Sequence record: DRR378314_795
Length of the DNA: 33,343 bases
Reading direction: 5' to 3' (one strand)
Shown: piece by piece, positions 1 to 9,717 of the stretch
How the letters are laid out: each line of letters opens with the position of its first letter
Numbering within the stretch: the stretch's first letter is position 1
Made by a program: the position numbers and the translations under genes
The notes under the pieces: generated by a model
The model's input: the letters and a program-made list of their open reading frames with translations, nothing else
What the model was told of the DNA's origin: nothing
Databases searched by the model: none

Positions 1-613
1 GACCGGCAAGCCGATGCTGGACGGGATCGGCGCGACCGAGATGCTGCATATCTTCATCTCCAACCGCTTTGACGACCACCGCCCGGCCTGCACCGGCAAA
101 CCCGTGGGTGGCTATGAGGCGAAGGTGGTCGATGACGAGGGCCGCGAAGTGCCCGACGGCGAGGTTGGTCGCCTTGCGGTGCGTGGGCCGACCGGGTGCC
201 GCTATCTGAACGACGACCGTCAGGCCGGGTATGTTACGGATGGCTGGAACATCACCGGCGACAGTTTTATCCGCGACGCGGAGGGCTATTTCCACTTTGC
301 CGCCCGCAACGACGATATGATCGTCTCGGCTGGCTACAATATCGCAGGTCCCGAGGTGGAGGCCGCATTGCTGGCGCATGACGCCGTGTCTGAATGCGCA
401 GTGATCGGTGCCCCCGATGAGGAGCGCGGCCATATCGTGCAGGCCCATGTGGTCCTTAATGCAGAATTCGCGCCCTCAGACGCGCTCATCAAAGACTTGC
501 AGACCCATGTGAAGGCGACCATCGCCCCCTACAAATATCCCCGCAGCATCATCTTTGCCGACAGCCTGCCCAAGACGCAGACCGGCAAGATCCAGCGGTT
601 CCGGCTTCGATAA
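1..613 (+). CDS. Aromatic acid-CoA ligase, probably 2-aminobenzoate-CoA ligase (AMP-binding family); 5'-truncated by window edge
   Basis: Frame open from position 2 (TGKPMLDGIGATEMLHIFISN). ANL-family C-terminal motifs WNITGD, RNDDMIVSAGYNIAGPEVE, YKYPR, LPKTQTGKIQRF. kynA/kynU (anthranilate formation) lie in the same window. Confidence 0.8.
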   Translation, partial: TGKPMLDGIGATEMLHIFISNRFDDHRPACTGKPVGGYEAKVVDDEGREVPDGEVGRLAVRGPTGCRYLNDDRQAGYVTDGWNITGDSFIRDAEGYFHFAARNDDMIVSAGYNIAGPEVEAALLAHDAVSECAVIGAPDEERGHIVQAHVVLNAEFAPSDALIKDLQTHVKATIAPYKYPRSIIFADSLPKTQTGKIQRFRLR

Positions 614-650
614 TCAACAACAAACCAACCATAAAACAGGGAGTTTGATC

Positions 651-1781
651 ATGAAGAAGCTAATGTTGGCCACAGCGGCCGCGGCGCTGGCCGCGGGCGG
701 AGCGATGGCGGATGTCAAAGTCGGGATGATCACCACGCTTTCGGGCGGCGGTGCGAGCCTCGGCATCGACACGCGCGATGGGTTCATGCTGGCGATGGAA
801 GGTGCCAACCGCGATGATGTCGAGGTGGTCATCGAGGACGACCAGCGCAAGCCCGATATTGCGGTGCAGCTTGCGGATAAGATGATCCAATCGGAAAAGG
901 TCGACGTGCTGACCGGTATCGTCTGGTCAAACCTCGCCATGGCCGTGGTGCCTGCTGCCACCGCGCAAGGTCTGTTCTACCTTTCGACCAACGCTGCGCC
1001 TGCGCAACTGGCGGGCAAGGGCTGCAACGCCAACTATTTCTCCGTGTCTTATCAGAACGATAACCTCCATGAAGGTGCGGGTGCTTATGCAACCCAAGCC
1101 GGGTTCAAAAACACCTTCATCCTTGCGCCGAACTATCCGGCGGGCATCGACAGCCTCACCGGTTTCAAGCGGTTCTACGAGGGCGAACTGGCAGGTGAGG
1201 TCTACACCAAGCTCGGGCAGACGGATTACGCGGCTGAAATCGCGCAGATCCGCGCGTCTGGCGCCGACAGCGTGTTCTTCTTCCTGCCCGGCGGCATGGG
1301 GATTTCCTTCCTGAAGCAATATGCCGACAGCGGCGTGGATCTGCCCGTGGTTGGCCCGGCCTTCAGCTTTGATCAGGGCATCCTGCAAGCGGTAGGCGAG
1401 GCGGCCGTGGGGGTCAAGAACTCCTCCACATGGTCCAAGGATCTGGACAATGAGGCCAATGCGGCTTTTGTCGCGGCCTTCCAGCAGAAATACGACCGCC
1501 TGCCGTCGATCTACGCGGCGCAGGGCTATGACACCGCGAACCTGCTGCTATCGGCCATCGACAAGGCGGATGTGAATGATGACGCGGCCTTTGCTGCGGC
1601 CCTGAAGGAGGCGGAATTTGCCTCTGTGCGGGGGGAGTTCTCTTTTGCCGCCAACAATCACCCGATCCAGAACGTCTATGTGCGTGAGGTCATCAAGGAA
1701 GGCGACGTCTTTACCAACAAGATTGTCGGCACCGCTCTTGAGGATCATGCAAACGCCTATGTGGACGCATGCAAGATGTAA
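651..1781 (+). CDS. ABC transporter substrate-binding protein, LIV/aromatic-acid type
   Basis: ATG 651 after GGGAG (639-643). Signal peptide MKKLMLATAAAALAAGGAMA, then VKVGMITTLSG, EDDQRKPD, YAAQGYD. Confidence 0.9.
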   Translation: MKKLMLATAAAALAAGGAMADVKVGMITTLSGGGASLGIDTRDGFMLAMEGANRDDVEVVIEDDQRKPDIAVQLADKMIQSEKVDVLTGIVWSNLAMAVVPAATAQGLFYLSTNAAPAQLAGKGCNANYFSVSYQNDNLHEGAGAYATQAGFKNTFILAPNYPAGIDSLTGFKRFYEGELAGEVYTKLGQTDYAAEIAQIRASGADSVFFFLPGGMGISFLKQYADSGVDLPVVGPAFSFDQGILQAVGEAAVGVKNSSTWSKDLDNEANAAFVAAFQQKYDRLPSIYAAQGYDTANLLLSAIDKADVNDDAAFAAALKEAEFASVRGEFSFAANNHPIQNVYVREVIKEGDVFTNKIVGTALEDHANAYVDACKM

Positions 1782-1790
1782 GTGAGGCGC

Positions 1791-1820
1791 GCCCGGCCCG
1801 CATCTCTCGCGGGTCGGGGC
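1791..1820 (+). other. GC-rich stem-loop between SBP and permease genes (mRNA stabiliser or partial terminator)
   Basis: gcccggcccgc-atctctc-gcgggtcggggc, imperfect inverted repeat directly after the SBP stop; no U tract. Confidence 0.45.
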
Positions 1821-1838
1821 ACACCTGAAAGAAGACAT

Positions 1839-2759
1839 ATGTCAACGATACTTATCATCGAGCAGGTGCTGAACGGGCTGCAATCCGGCGTCATGCTCTT
1901 TCTCATGGCGGCAGGGCTGACGCTGATCTTTGGCGTCATGGGGCTTATCAACCTCGCCCATGGCTCGCTCTATATGGTTGGGGCCTTTGCGGCGGCGGCG
2001 GTGGCAGGTGTCACCGGGTCGTTTGTGCTGGCGCTGATCGCAGCCCTTGCGGCAGCGGCCCTTGCGGGGGCTGTGATCGAGGTCGCGGTGATCCGCAGGC
2101 TTTATGACAGCGACCATCTTGATCAGGTCTTGGCGACCTTTGCGCTCATTCTGATCTTTTCCGAGGGCACACGCTGGGTCTTTGGATCTTTTCCGCTGTT
2201 CCTGGACATTCCCGATGCCTTGTCGGGGCCGGTGACCTTGCCCGGCGGCATCCAGTACCCTTTGTATCGTTTGGCGCTGATTGGCGTGGGGCTGCTGGTG
2301 GCGTTTGGCCTGTGGCTCTTGATTGAGCGCACACGTATCGGCATCCAGATCCGCGCGGGCGAAAACGACCGCGAGATGATCGCGGCGCTGGGCGTCGATA
2401 TCTCGAAACTCTACACGCTGGTCTTTGCGCTGGGGGCGGCCCTGGCTGGTCTCGCGGGCGCATTGGTGGGCGCAATCCAGTCGGTTCAGGTGGGCATGGG
2501 CGAGCCGGTGCTGATCCTGGCCTTCGTGGTGATCGTGATCGGCGGTATCGGATCGATCAAGGGCGCGTTTATCGGCGCATTGCTGGTGGGGCTTACGGAC
2601 ACATTGGTCGGGATCTTCCTGCCCGAAGTGCTGAAACTCTTCATGGACGCGGCCCCTGCAACCTCTGCCGGATCCTCGATTGCCTCGATGTCGATCTACA
2701 TCCTGATGAGTCTTGTCTTGATCTGGCGTCCCTCTGGCCTGTTCGGAGCACGCGCATGA
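1839..2759 (+). CDS. Branched-chain-type ABC permease (LivH-like)
   Basis: Hydrophobic; QVLNGL, GLTLIFGVMGLINLAHG, RTRIGIQIRA, VIVIGGIGSIKGA, RPSGLFG. Confidence 0.9.
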   Translation: MSTILIIEQVLNGLQSGVMLFLMAAGLTLIFGVMGLINLAHGSLYMVGAFAAAAVAGVTGSFVLALIAALAAAALAGAVIEVAVIRRLYDSDHLDQVLATFALILIFSEGTRWVFGSFPLFLDIPDALSGPVTLPGGIQYPLYRLALIGVGLLVAFGLWLLIERTRIGIQIRAGENDREMIAALGVDISKLYTLVFALGAALAGLAGALVGAIQSVQVGMGEPVLILAFVVIVIGGIGSIKGAFIGALLVGLTDTLVGIFLPEVLKLFMDAAPATSAGSSIASMSIYILMSLVLIWRPSGLFGARA

Positions 2760-3739
2760 GCCGAGAAACACTCTTTAACGCAGCCCTGCTGCTGGGTCTC
2801 ATTGCCGTGCCTGCATGGGCGGTGATGATGAATGAACCCTTTACGATCACACTGGCGACCCGTGCAGTGATCCTTGCGCTTGCGGCGGCGGGCCTGAATA
2901 TCGCGCTGGGCATCGGCGGGCTGGTGAGCCTTGGCCACGCGGTTTTCTTTGGGATTGGCGGTTACGCCATGGGCATCCTCGCCCATCACGCCCAAAGCTA
3001 TACACCGCTGATGGAATGGCCGCTGGTGATCGAAGGCACCAAGTTCATGCCGGTGATCTGGCTTCTGGCCGTTGTGGTCTCGGCCGTTGCGGCCTTCCTG
3101 ATCGGATTGATGTCGCTGCGTACCACCGGGGCCTATTTCATCATGATTACGCTCGCCTTTGGTCAGATGTTTTACTATTTCGCCATCTCCTGGAGCACCT
3201 ATGGCGGCGAAGATGGCATGTCGATCTACATCAGGAACGACTTTCCCGGCCTCAACACGCTTGTTCCCATCCAGTTCTACGGGCTGTGCCTCGCAATCCT
3301 CGTTGTGGTGCTGATCTTCACCGCCCGCTTGCGCCGTTCGCCCTTTGGGTTGGCGCTGAACGCGGCGCGTCAGGTGCCCGCACGGGTGGAGGCCGTGGGC
3401 ATGGACCCGATGCGTCTGAAGCTGGTGGCCTTTGTAATCTCCGGTGTCATCACCGGTCTGGCTGGCGCGCTCTTTGCCGATCTCAACCGCTTTGTCAGCC
3501 CGACCATGTTCAGCTGGCAGTTCTCGGGCGAGATCATGATCCTTGTGATCCTCGGCGGGGTGGGGCGGCTGTTTGGGCCTGTTGCGGGGGCTGTGACCTT
3601 TGTGGCGCTGGAACATTTCCTCGGTGGCATTACCGAGTTCTGGCACATCTTCCTCGGGCTGATCCTTCTGGCGGTCGTGCTCTTTGCGCGCGGTGGCATC
3701 ACCGGGCTGGTGGCCGGCAAGGAGGCGACCCATGACTGA
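2756..3739 (+). CDS. Branched-chain-type ABC permease (LivM-like)
   Basis: GLVSLGHAVFFGIGGY, GAYFIMITLAFGQ, GGEDG, SPFG, VILGGVG; ATGA overlap with upstream gene. Confidence 0.9.
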   Translation: MSRETLFNAALLLGLIAVPAWAVMMNEPFTITLATRAVILALAAAGLNIALGIGGLVSLGHAVFFGIGGYAMGILAHHAQSYTPLMEWPLVIEGTKFMPVIWLLAVVVSAVAAFLIGLMSLRTTGAYFIMITLAFGQMFYYFAISWSTYGGEDGMSIYIRNDFPGLNTLVPIQFYGLCLAILVVVLIFTARLRRSPFGLALNAARQVPARVEAVGMDPMRLKLVAFVISGVITGLAGALFADLNRFVSPTMFSWQFSGEIMILVILGGVGRLFGPVAGAVTFVALEHFLGGITEFWHIFLGLILLAVVLFARGGITGLVAGKEATHD

Positions 3740-4481
3740 GACCATTCTTGCAACTCACGGCATCACCAAATCCTTCGGCGCGCTGACGGCCAGTAATGAC
3801 ATCTCGATTGATCTGCGCCCCGGCGAAATTCACGCCATCATCGGTCCCAATGGGGCAGGTAAATCCACGCTGATCGGCCAGATTTGCGGCTCTCTTACAC
3901 CGGATGCAGGTCGCGTAGAGCTGATGGGTCAGGATGTGACCGGCCTCAGCACCGATCAGCGGGCGCGGGCCGGGCTTGGGCGGACCTTTCAGATCTCGGC
4001 GCTGGCGATGGAGGACACGGTGCTGGAAAACGCCATCCTCGGCGCCATGGGCGCCAGCGGCAGGCCGTGGCGGTTCTGGTCGGCAGCGCTTGGCGACAGG
4101 TCTTTGCGCACCCGCGCCGAGGCCGCGCTGGAACGGGTTGGCCTCGCGGAGAACATGACGAAACGCTGCGCCGACCTCAGCCATGGACAACGCCGCCAGC
4201 TGGAGGTCGCGGTGGCGCTGACGCTCGCGCCAAAGGCCTTCGTGATGGATGAACCGATGGCGGGCCTTGGCGCTGAAGGGTCCAAGAACCTCACCGGGTT
4301 CCTCGACAGCCTGCGCCAGGAGGCACCTATCCTATTGGTGGAACATGACATGGATGCGGTCTTTGCGCTCGCGGACCGGATCAGCGTGCTGGTCTACGGT
4401 GAGGTCATCGCCACCGGCAGCGTCGATCAGATCCGCAGCGATCCGCGCGTGCGCGAAGCCTATCTGGGAGAAAGCGCATGA
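3732..4481 (+). CDS. ABC ATP-binding protein (LivG-like)
   Basis: Walker A GPNGAGKST, LSHGQRRQLE, MDEPMAGL, VEHDM; GGAGG upstream of ATG 3732. Confidence 0.92.
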   Translation: MTETILATHGITKSFGALTASNDISIDLRPGEIHAIIGPNGAGKSTLIGQICGSLTPDAGRVELMGQDVTGLSTDQRARAGLGRTFQISALAMEDTVLENAILGAMGASGRPWRFWSAALGDRSLRTRAEAALERVGLAENMTKRCADLSHGQRRQLEVAVALTLAPKAFVMDEPMAGLGAEGSKNLTGFLDSLRQEAPILLVEHDMDAVFALADRISVLVYGEVIATGSVDQIRSDPRVREAYLGESA

Positions 4482-5164
4482 GTCTTTTGTCCGTCAAATC
4501 CCTCACCGCATCCTACGGCGTGAGCCAAGCCCTGTTTGGTGTCGACCTTGATATCAATCCGGGCGAGGTGGTGGCGCTCATGGGCCGCAACGGCATGGGC
4601 AAATCCACCACGGTCAAGGCGATCTGTCGCATGATAACCGCGGGCGGCACGCTGGAGTTTGCGGGTCAGAACCTGCACGCATTGCCCAGCCATAAGGCCG
4701 CGCGTCTGGGTCTTGGTCTGGTGCCTGAAGGGCGGCGCTGTTTTCGCGACCTCACGGTGGCCGAGAACCTCCTCGCGACCAGCCGCCCCGGTGACTGGGA
4801 CATGGGCCGGGTGACTCAGCTTTTCCCGCGTCTGGGCGAACGTCACAGTCAGCTTTCGGCGTCGCTCTCGGGCGGTGAGCAGCAGATGCTCGCCATTGGT
4901 CGCGCCCTGATGACCAACCCGCGCCTGCTGATCCTGGACGAAGCCACAGAAGGCCTCGCGCCGATCATCCGCCAGGAAATCTGGTCTGCGATCAACCGGC
5001 TGAAACAGGACACCGATATGGCGATCCTGGTGATCGACAAGACACTGGCGGAGCTGGAACAGGTCTGTGATCGCGCCGTGATGCTGGAGCGTGGCAAGAC
5101 CGTCTGGAGTGGTGCCATGACGGCGCTGACCCCGGACATTACTGAACGCTATGTAGGGGTTTGA
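4478..5164 (+). CDS. ABC ATP-binding protein (LivF-like)
   Basis: GRNGMGKST, VPEGRR, LSGGEQQMLAIGRAL, LDEATEGLAP. Confidence 0.92.
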   Translation: MSLLSVKSLTASYGVSQALFGVDLDINPGEVVALMGRNGMGKSTTVKAICRMITAGGTLEFAGQNLHALPSHKAARLGLGLVPEGRRCFRDLTVAENLLATSRPGDWDMGRVTQLFPRLGERHSQLSASLSGGEQQMLAIGRALMTNPRLLILDEATEGLAPIIRQEIWSAINRLKQDTDMAILVIDKTLAELEQVCDRAVMLERGKTVWSGAMTALTPDITERYVGV

Positions 5165-5167
5165 GCC

Positions 5168-5572
5168 ATGTATGAAATGCCGCAAAAAGTGCTGTTCAAG
5201 CACTGTGACCCTGCGGGGATTGTCTTCTACCCGCGTTATTTCGAGATGATGAACGATTGCGTCGAGAGCTGGTTTGCGGACGTCTTGGAATGGCCGTTTG
5301 AGGACATCCACAAGACCGCTGGCGTGCCGACGGCCAACATCCAAACGCGCTTTTCCGCGCCCAGTCGCCATGGCGAGCAACTGGTGCTGAAATTGCGGGT
5401 GATAAAGCTGGGTCGGAGCTCTCTGACCTACGAGATGACCGCCACATGCAACGATGAGCTTCGCTTTGAGACAGAGGCGACGCTGGTGCATGTGGCAGCG
5501 AGCGGGCGGCCTGACCTCTGGCCTGCGCCCATTAGAACAAAAATTGAATATGACATGAAAGGGCAGACATGA
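5168..5572 (+). CDS. Acyl-CoA thioesterase (4HBT/YbgC hotdog family)
   Basis: Motif F-x-HCDPAGIVFYPRYF and later LGRSSL; 134 aa. Confidence 0.85.
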   Translation: MYEMPQKVLFKHCDPAGIVFYPRYFEMMNDCVESWFADVLEWPFEDIHKTAGVPTANIQTRFSAPSRHGEQLVLKLRVIKLGRSSLTYEMTATCNDELRFETEATLVHVAASGRPDLWPAPIRTKIEYDMKGQT

Positions 5573-5964
5573 CCCATCAAACCATTCACCCCGAAGGTTG
5601 GGCTCCGGCGAAGGGCTATGCCAACGGCATGTTGACACAGGACGGCGTATTGCACATCGGCGGCCAGATCGGCTGGGACGAGAAGCAGGAATTTGCTTCC
5701 GACAGCTTTGTCGACCAGATGCGCCAGGCGTTGAAGAACATCAGATCGATCGTAGAGGCCGCGGGCGGCAAAGCTTCGGATGTCACCCGCCTGACGTGGT
5801 TCGTGATCGACAAGCAGGAATATCTGGCGCACCAGGCCGAGGTTGGTGCCGCCTATCGGGAGGTCTTTGGCAAGCACTTCCCGGCGATGTCGATGCTGAT
5901 CGTGGCAGGTCTTGTTGAGGATCGCGCGCTGGTTGAGATCGAGGCCACGGCGCATATCAGCTGA
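5569..5964 (+). CDS. RidA/YjgF family protein
   Basis: PAKGYANG, IGGQIG, HFPAMS, LVEIEATA; 131 aa; ATGA overlap. Confidence 0.88.
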   Translation: MTHQTIHPEGWAPAKGYANGMLTQDGVLHIGGQIGWDEKQEFASDSFVDQMRQALKNIRSIVEAAGGKASDVTRLTWFVIDKQEYLAHQAEVGAAYREVFGKHFPAMSMLIVAGLVEDRALVEIEATAHIS

Positions 5965-6007
5965 GTGCGGGGCGCGAGCTCTAGCAATCGCACAGCCTAT
6001 CTGACTG

Positions 6008-6035
6008 AAAAAAGGGCCCCGCACCGGGGCCCTTT
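6008..6035. terminator. Intrinsic terminator between convergent genes, strongest for the minus strand
   Basis: aaagggccccg-cac-cggggcccttt (6011-6035), preceded by extra A residues that give a U6 tract on the minus strand. Confidence 0.8.
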
Positions 6036-6065
6036 GCTGTTGGAGAAACCCGCAATCCGGTGGGG

Positions 6066-7064
6066 TCAGAGAGTCACGACCGCATTGCCCAACAGGCTTC
6101 CCGCTTCCACGGTCTCATGCGCGACGGCGATGTCTTCCAGCGCAAAGCGACGATCAATCCGGGGCGACAACTGGCCGGAGGTGAGCAAAGCGTTGATATC
6201 CTTGATCGCCTCTGCTTTGGCGGCATCGCTCATTGAGTAGACAAACACCGGCTGCAGCTGAATGTTGCGGAATGCCAGCGGATAGAAGGGCAGGGCCGGC
6301 GTCAGATTGGAGGCCGAAGCATAGGCGCCGACGGAGCCGTTGATCTTCAGGATCTGGGGGTAGATCTCCATATGAGCGGCAATATCCACATCGACCACAT
6401 GGTCGATGCCACCGTTGCCAACCAGATCCAGCAGTTGATCGAGCAGCGGCGTTGCCTTGTAGTTCAGCACCTCATCCGCACCAGCTTCGCGCGCGATTTC
6501 TGCCTTGATGTCATTGGAGACGGTCGCGATAACCCGTGCGCCCTTCGCCTTGGCGATCTGGATGGCGCTGTGGCCGACCGCACCGGCACCGCCGGTCACC
6601 AGAACCGTGCGTCCTGCGACGGGACCGGCCCACATCAGCGCGCGGTGTGCGGTCATGGCCGGTACGCCGAGGCACGCCCCGGCCTCAAAGGACGCCGCTT
6701 CTGGCAGTTCAACAGCCAGATGAGCGGGTATGATCGCATATTGGGCTGCTGTGCCAAGCGGCCCCTGTCCCAAGCCATCGGCAGAGCGGTTGATGTTGTA
6801 CATCCAAACGCGCTGACCGACGCGGGCAGGGCCGACGCCTTCGCCAACCGCCTCGATCACGCCTGCGCCGTCATTATGGACCAGGACCTGATCGGCAATC
6901 ATGGGGCCCTGTGCGCCAGAGCGCAATTTGACATCCGAAGGGTTCACGCCGGATGCGCGCATGGCCACCAGGACCTCGCCCGCGCCGGGAGATGGCAGGT
7001 CGACCTCCTTGAGTGCCAGAGTGTCCCGCGCCGTACCTCGGGCCGTGTTGAATACCGCTTTCAT
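6066..7064 (-). CDS. NADPH:quinone oxidoreductase (zeta-crystallin/MDR family)
   Basis: ATG 7064 after AGGAG. GVNPSD, DGAGVIEAVGEGV, VTGGAGAVG Rossmann motif. Confidence 0.88.
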   Translation of the reverse strand: MKAVFNTARGTARDTLALKEVDLPSPGAGEVLVAMRASGVNPSDVKLRSGAQGPMIADQVLVHNDGAGVIEAVGEGVGPARVGQRVWMYNINRSADGLGQGPLGTAAQYAIIPAHLAVELPEAASFEAGACLGVPAMTAHRALMWAGPVAGRTVLVTGGAGAVGHSAIQIAKAKGARVIATVSNDIKAEIAREAGADEVLNYKATPLLDQLLDLVGNGGIDHVVDVDIAAHMEIYPQILKINGSVGAYASASNLTPALPFYPLAFRNIQLQPVFVYSMSDAAKAEAIKDINALLTSGQLSPRIDRRFALEDIAVAHETVEAGSLLGNAVVTL

Positions 7065-7160
7065 GATCACTCCTGTCGTTTGGTCGGGGTTTGAATTGAC
7101 GCGCATGAGCCCTGAAATCTGACCCGAACGCAAGGGCGAGAAGGCCGATTTATAAGCACT

Positions 7161-7177
7161 GTAACAAGGTGTTAACC
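7161..7177. promoter_or_regulatory. Candidate CtrA box (one mismatch)
   Basis: gtaa-caaggtg-ttaacc versus consensus TTAA-N7-TTAAC, about 100 bp upstream of the GGDEF-EAL gene. Confidence 0.35.
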
Positions 7178-7275
7178 AAGAATGATGAACGCCGCCGTGG
7201 ATTAGGCTTTGCGAAAACGAATCTGTTTAGTGTCATCTCGGTGTGGTGTGTGATTTCGGTCCGGAGGGCCTGTTC

Positions 7276-9618
7276 ATGAGACTGGGACAGACACTTGTTC
7301 TGTTTGCTCTTATTTTGGCGATGCTGACCGGACTGTCGTTCTTGGGCTATCACTATTTGACCCTTGCGAGCGAGTATCGTGCCCGGAATCTGATCCACCT
7401 CGATCTGATGCACGATGCGCGCGATATTCTACACAACAACCCGATCTTGCGACCGGAATCCGCGCGGCACCTGAATGAGGTGTTGCAAGCGGCAGACGTT
7501 CAGCCCCGCTGGTGCATTAGCAACCTCTCTGAGATGGAGCACAAGGGATTTGTCCTACTCGGTGCAGAACCAGCACTTGCGATATGCGAGCGTGGGATCC
7601 GAGAGGGGCGGCGTGCCGAGGCGTTGTTGAAGCCGTTGATGGGGCCGCAGGCGGTCTTGGGGGATGACCCCAATAGCCTGTCTGATCACACCCTGAAGGT
7701 CAGGAAGCAGGTGCAAATCCTGCACGATCTCAGCTTTTCATTCCGCCCGACCCTTGATTTGATCGAGGCGCGGCTCGTGATGGTGGTCAAAACCGGCACC
7801 GGGATAGTAAGTTTCTGCCTTGCTCTGGTGTTCATTTTTCTAGCCCGCCAGATGGTCAGGTCGTGGCGGACGTTGTCCGAACAATCTCAGCAACTGAAAC
7901 GGATGTCTCAACGCGTCTCTGCAGCGATGGGTGCCTCCACCGACGGGTTTGCGATCTTTGATGAGGAAAATCGCCTCGTCACCTGCAATGAGACCTATCG
8001 CGAGTTGAGCCATGTTGACCCGAAAGCAGTCAAAGTGGGTATGGCCCTGCCGGAAATCCTGGCGGATGCGGTGCATGCAGGGCACTACGCGCTGCACGGT
8101 CAGTCGCCAGAAGACTACGTGATGAGTTACAACAGCCGCATTGAAAGTCACGCCTATCGCGCTGAAACGCAGCTGGAGCTTTCGGGGGATCGCCATATCG
8201 TCTCGCGTGTGAACGAAACCGATTCTGGTGACAAGGTCGTGACGCGGATAGATATTACGGATCTCGTGCGCGGTGAGCGCGAGCAACGTCATGTGGCCGA
8301 GGTCTTGCAGGAGGCCAAGGACCGGGTTGAGAAACAGTCGTTGAGCGACCCGCTGACGGACCTTGCGAACCGGCGGCATCTCGACCGCGAACTGGCGCGG
8401 CGGCTCGAGGAGGCACCGGTGACATTGGTGCGTATCGACCTGGACCGCTTCAAGAAAATCAACGACATCCTTGGGCATGAAGCGGGCGATTTCGTGCTGT
8501 GCCATGTTGCGGATGTGTTGCGCCTACACTCGAAGGCCGGAGATCTCATCGCACGGGTGGGCGGGGATGAATTTGTCGTTCTGTGCCAGCAGGGCACATC
8601 GCTGGCGCAGGGAGAGGTGCTGGCGAACCGGGTTCTGGATGCGGTGCTGCAGCCGGTGGCGTGGGGGAACAAGCGCTGCAACTTCGGTGCCAGCTTCGGC
8701 GTCGCCCATGGCAAGCCGGGCGAGATGACAGCAAGTGAGCTGCTCAGCAATGCCGATGCTGCTCTGTACCGTGCGAAAGCCTCAGGTCGCGCCATGGTCG
8801 AGGTGTTTACCGCCGAGATGCGGGCAGAAACCCTGGCGGAACGGGCTCTTGCGGACCGCATGCAGCATGCGCTCGAGGTTGGGGAAATCGTGCCCTATTA
8901 TCACACCCAACATGATGCCCGCAGTTGGCAGCTTGCCGGTGTCGAAGTGCTGGCGCGCTGGGAGCATCCCGAATTGGGCGTGTTGCCGCCGGTAAAGTTC
9001 TTGGGCATTGCCAAGCAATTGGGCCTTGAGGCGGAGCTTGACGGGCGCATTTTCGAGGCTGCGGTCAAGCAAATGGCCGAGTTGGAGGCGCGATCGATAG
9101 AGGTGCCGCGCGTGGCCTTCAACGTCAGTGCGCCGCGGATCATGGAGCCGGGGTTTCTTGATACCGTGCGCGGCCACATCCCGGATCGCCGCGACCGCTT
9201 TGCCTTCGAAATACTGGAATCCATTTCTTGCGAGGAAGAAGGCGATGCGTTGATCTTCTGTATCGACGCCTTGAAGGACATGGGCTTCAAGATCGACGTG
9301 GATGATTTCGGCTCGGGGCATGCCTCGATCAACGGGGTGCTGAATATCGAGCCAGATGCCCTGAAGATCGACCGCAATATCATCTTTCCGCTTGGTCAGA
9401 GCGAGCGGGCGGAGCGCATGGTCGCCTCGATCGTCGACCTTGCCCATACGCTCGATGTGAAAATCATCGCCGAGGGCGTCGATTCACTTGAGAAAGCGCG
9501 GCTGCTGCGTGAAATCGGCTGCGACATCCTGCAGGGGTTCTATTTCTCCGAGCCTCGCAGCTTCGCAGAGCTGAAGCTGAGCCTGCTTGGGGTCGATCAG
9601 GATCGCAGCGCGATCTAG
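7276..9618 (+). CDS. Membrane-anchored PAS-GGDEF-EAL diguanylate cyclase/phosphodiesterase
   Basis: ATG 7276 after GGAGG. Two hydrophobic segments flank an extracytoplasmic domain; PAS-like DGFAIFDEENRLVTCN; DPLTDLANRR, DLDRFKKINDILGH, RVGGDEF; EVLARW, DDFGSGH, KIDR, AEGV, LQGFYF. Confidence 0.92.
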   Translation: MRLGQTLVLFALILAMLTGLSFLGYHYLTLASEYRARNLIHLDLMHDARDILHNNPILRPESARHLNEVLQAADVQPRWCISNLSEMEHKGFVLLGAEPALAICERGIREGRRAEALLKPLMGPQAVLGDDPNSLSDHTLKVRKQVQILHDLSFSFRPTLDLIEARLVMVVKTGTGIVSFCLALVFIFLARQMVRSWRTLSEQSQQLKRMSQRVSAAMGASTDGFAIFDEENRLVTCNETYRELSHVDPKAVKVGMALPEILADAVHAGHYALHGQSPEDYVMSYNSRIESHAYRAETQLELSGDRHIVSRVNETDSGDKVVTRIDITDLVRGEREQRHVAEVLQEAKDRVEKQSLSDPLTDLANRRHLDRELARRLEEAPVTLVRIDLDRFKKINDILGHEAGDFVLCHVADVLRLHSKAGDLIARVGGDEFVVLCQQGTSLAQGEVLANRVLDAVLQPVAWGNKRCNFGASFGVAHGKPGEMTASELLSNADAALYRAKASGRAMVEVFTAEMRAETLAERALADRMQHALEVGEIVPYYHTQHDARSWQLAGVEVLARWEHPELGVLPPVKFLGIAKQLGLEAELDGRIFEAAVKQMAELEARSIEVPRVAFNVSAPRIMEPGFLDTVRGHIPDRRDRFAFEILESISCEEEGDALIFCIDALKDMGFKIDVDDFGSGHASINGVLNIEPDALKIDRNIIFPLGQSERAERMVASIVDLAHTLDVKIIAEGVDSLEKARLLREIGCDILQGFYFSEPRSFAELKLSLLGVDQDRSAI

Positions 9619-9717
9619 CTCTTGCGTGATCTTGGGGGTGGTCGTGACTTAGAACACGGGCGCTTGCCGGGGGGCCGATGGCGCCCGTGCTGGGGATTTT
9701 CCTAGACGGCGCGCGGC

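Noticed and set aside
9655-9689. Hairpin cacgggcgc/gcgcccgtg between the convergent EAL and DDAH genes as a terminator
   Set aside because: Long 17-nt loop and no immediate U tract; plausible but too weak to call.
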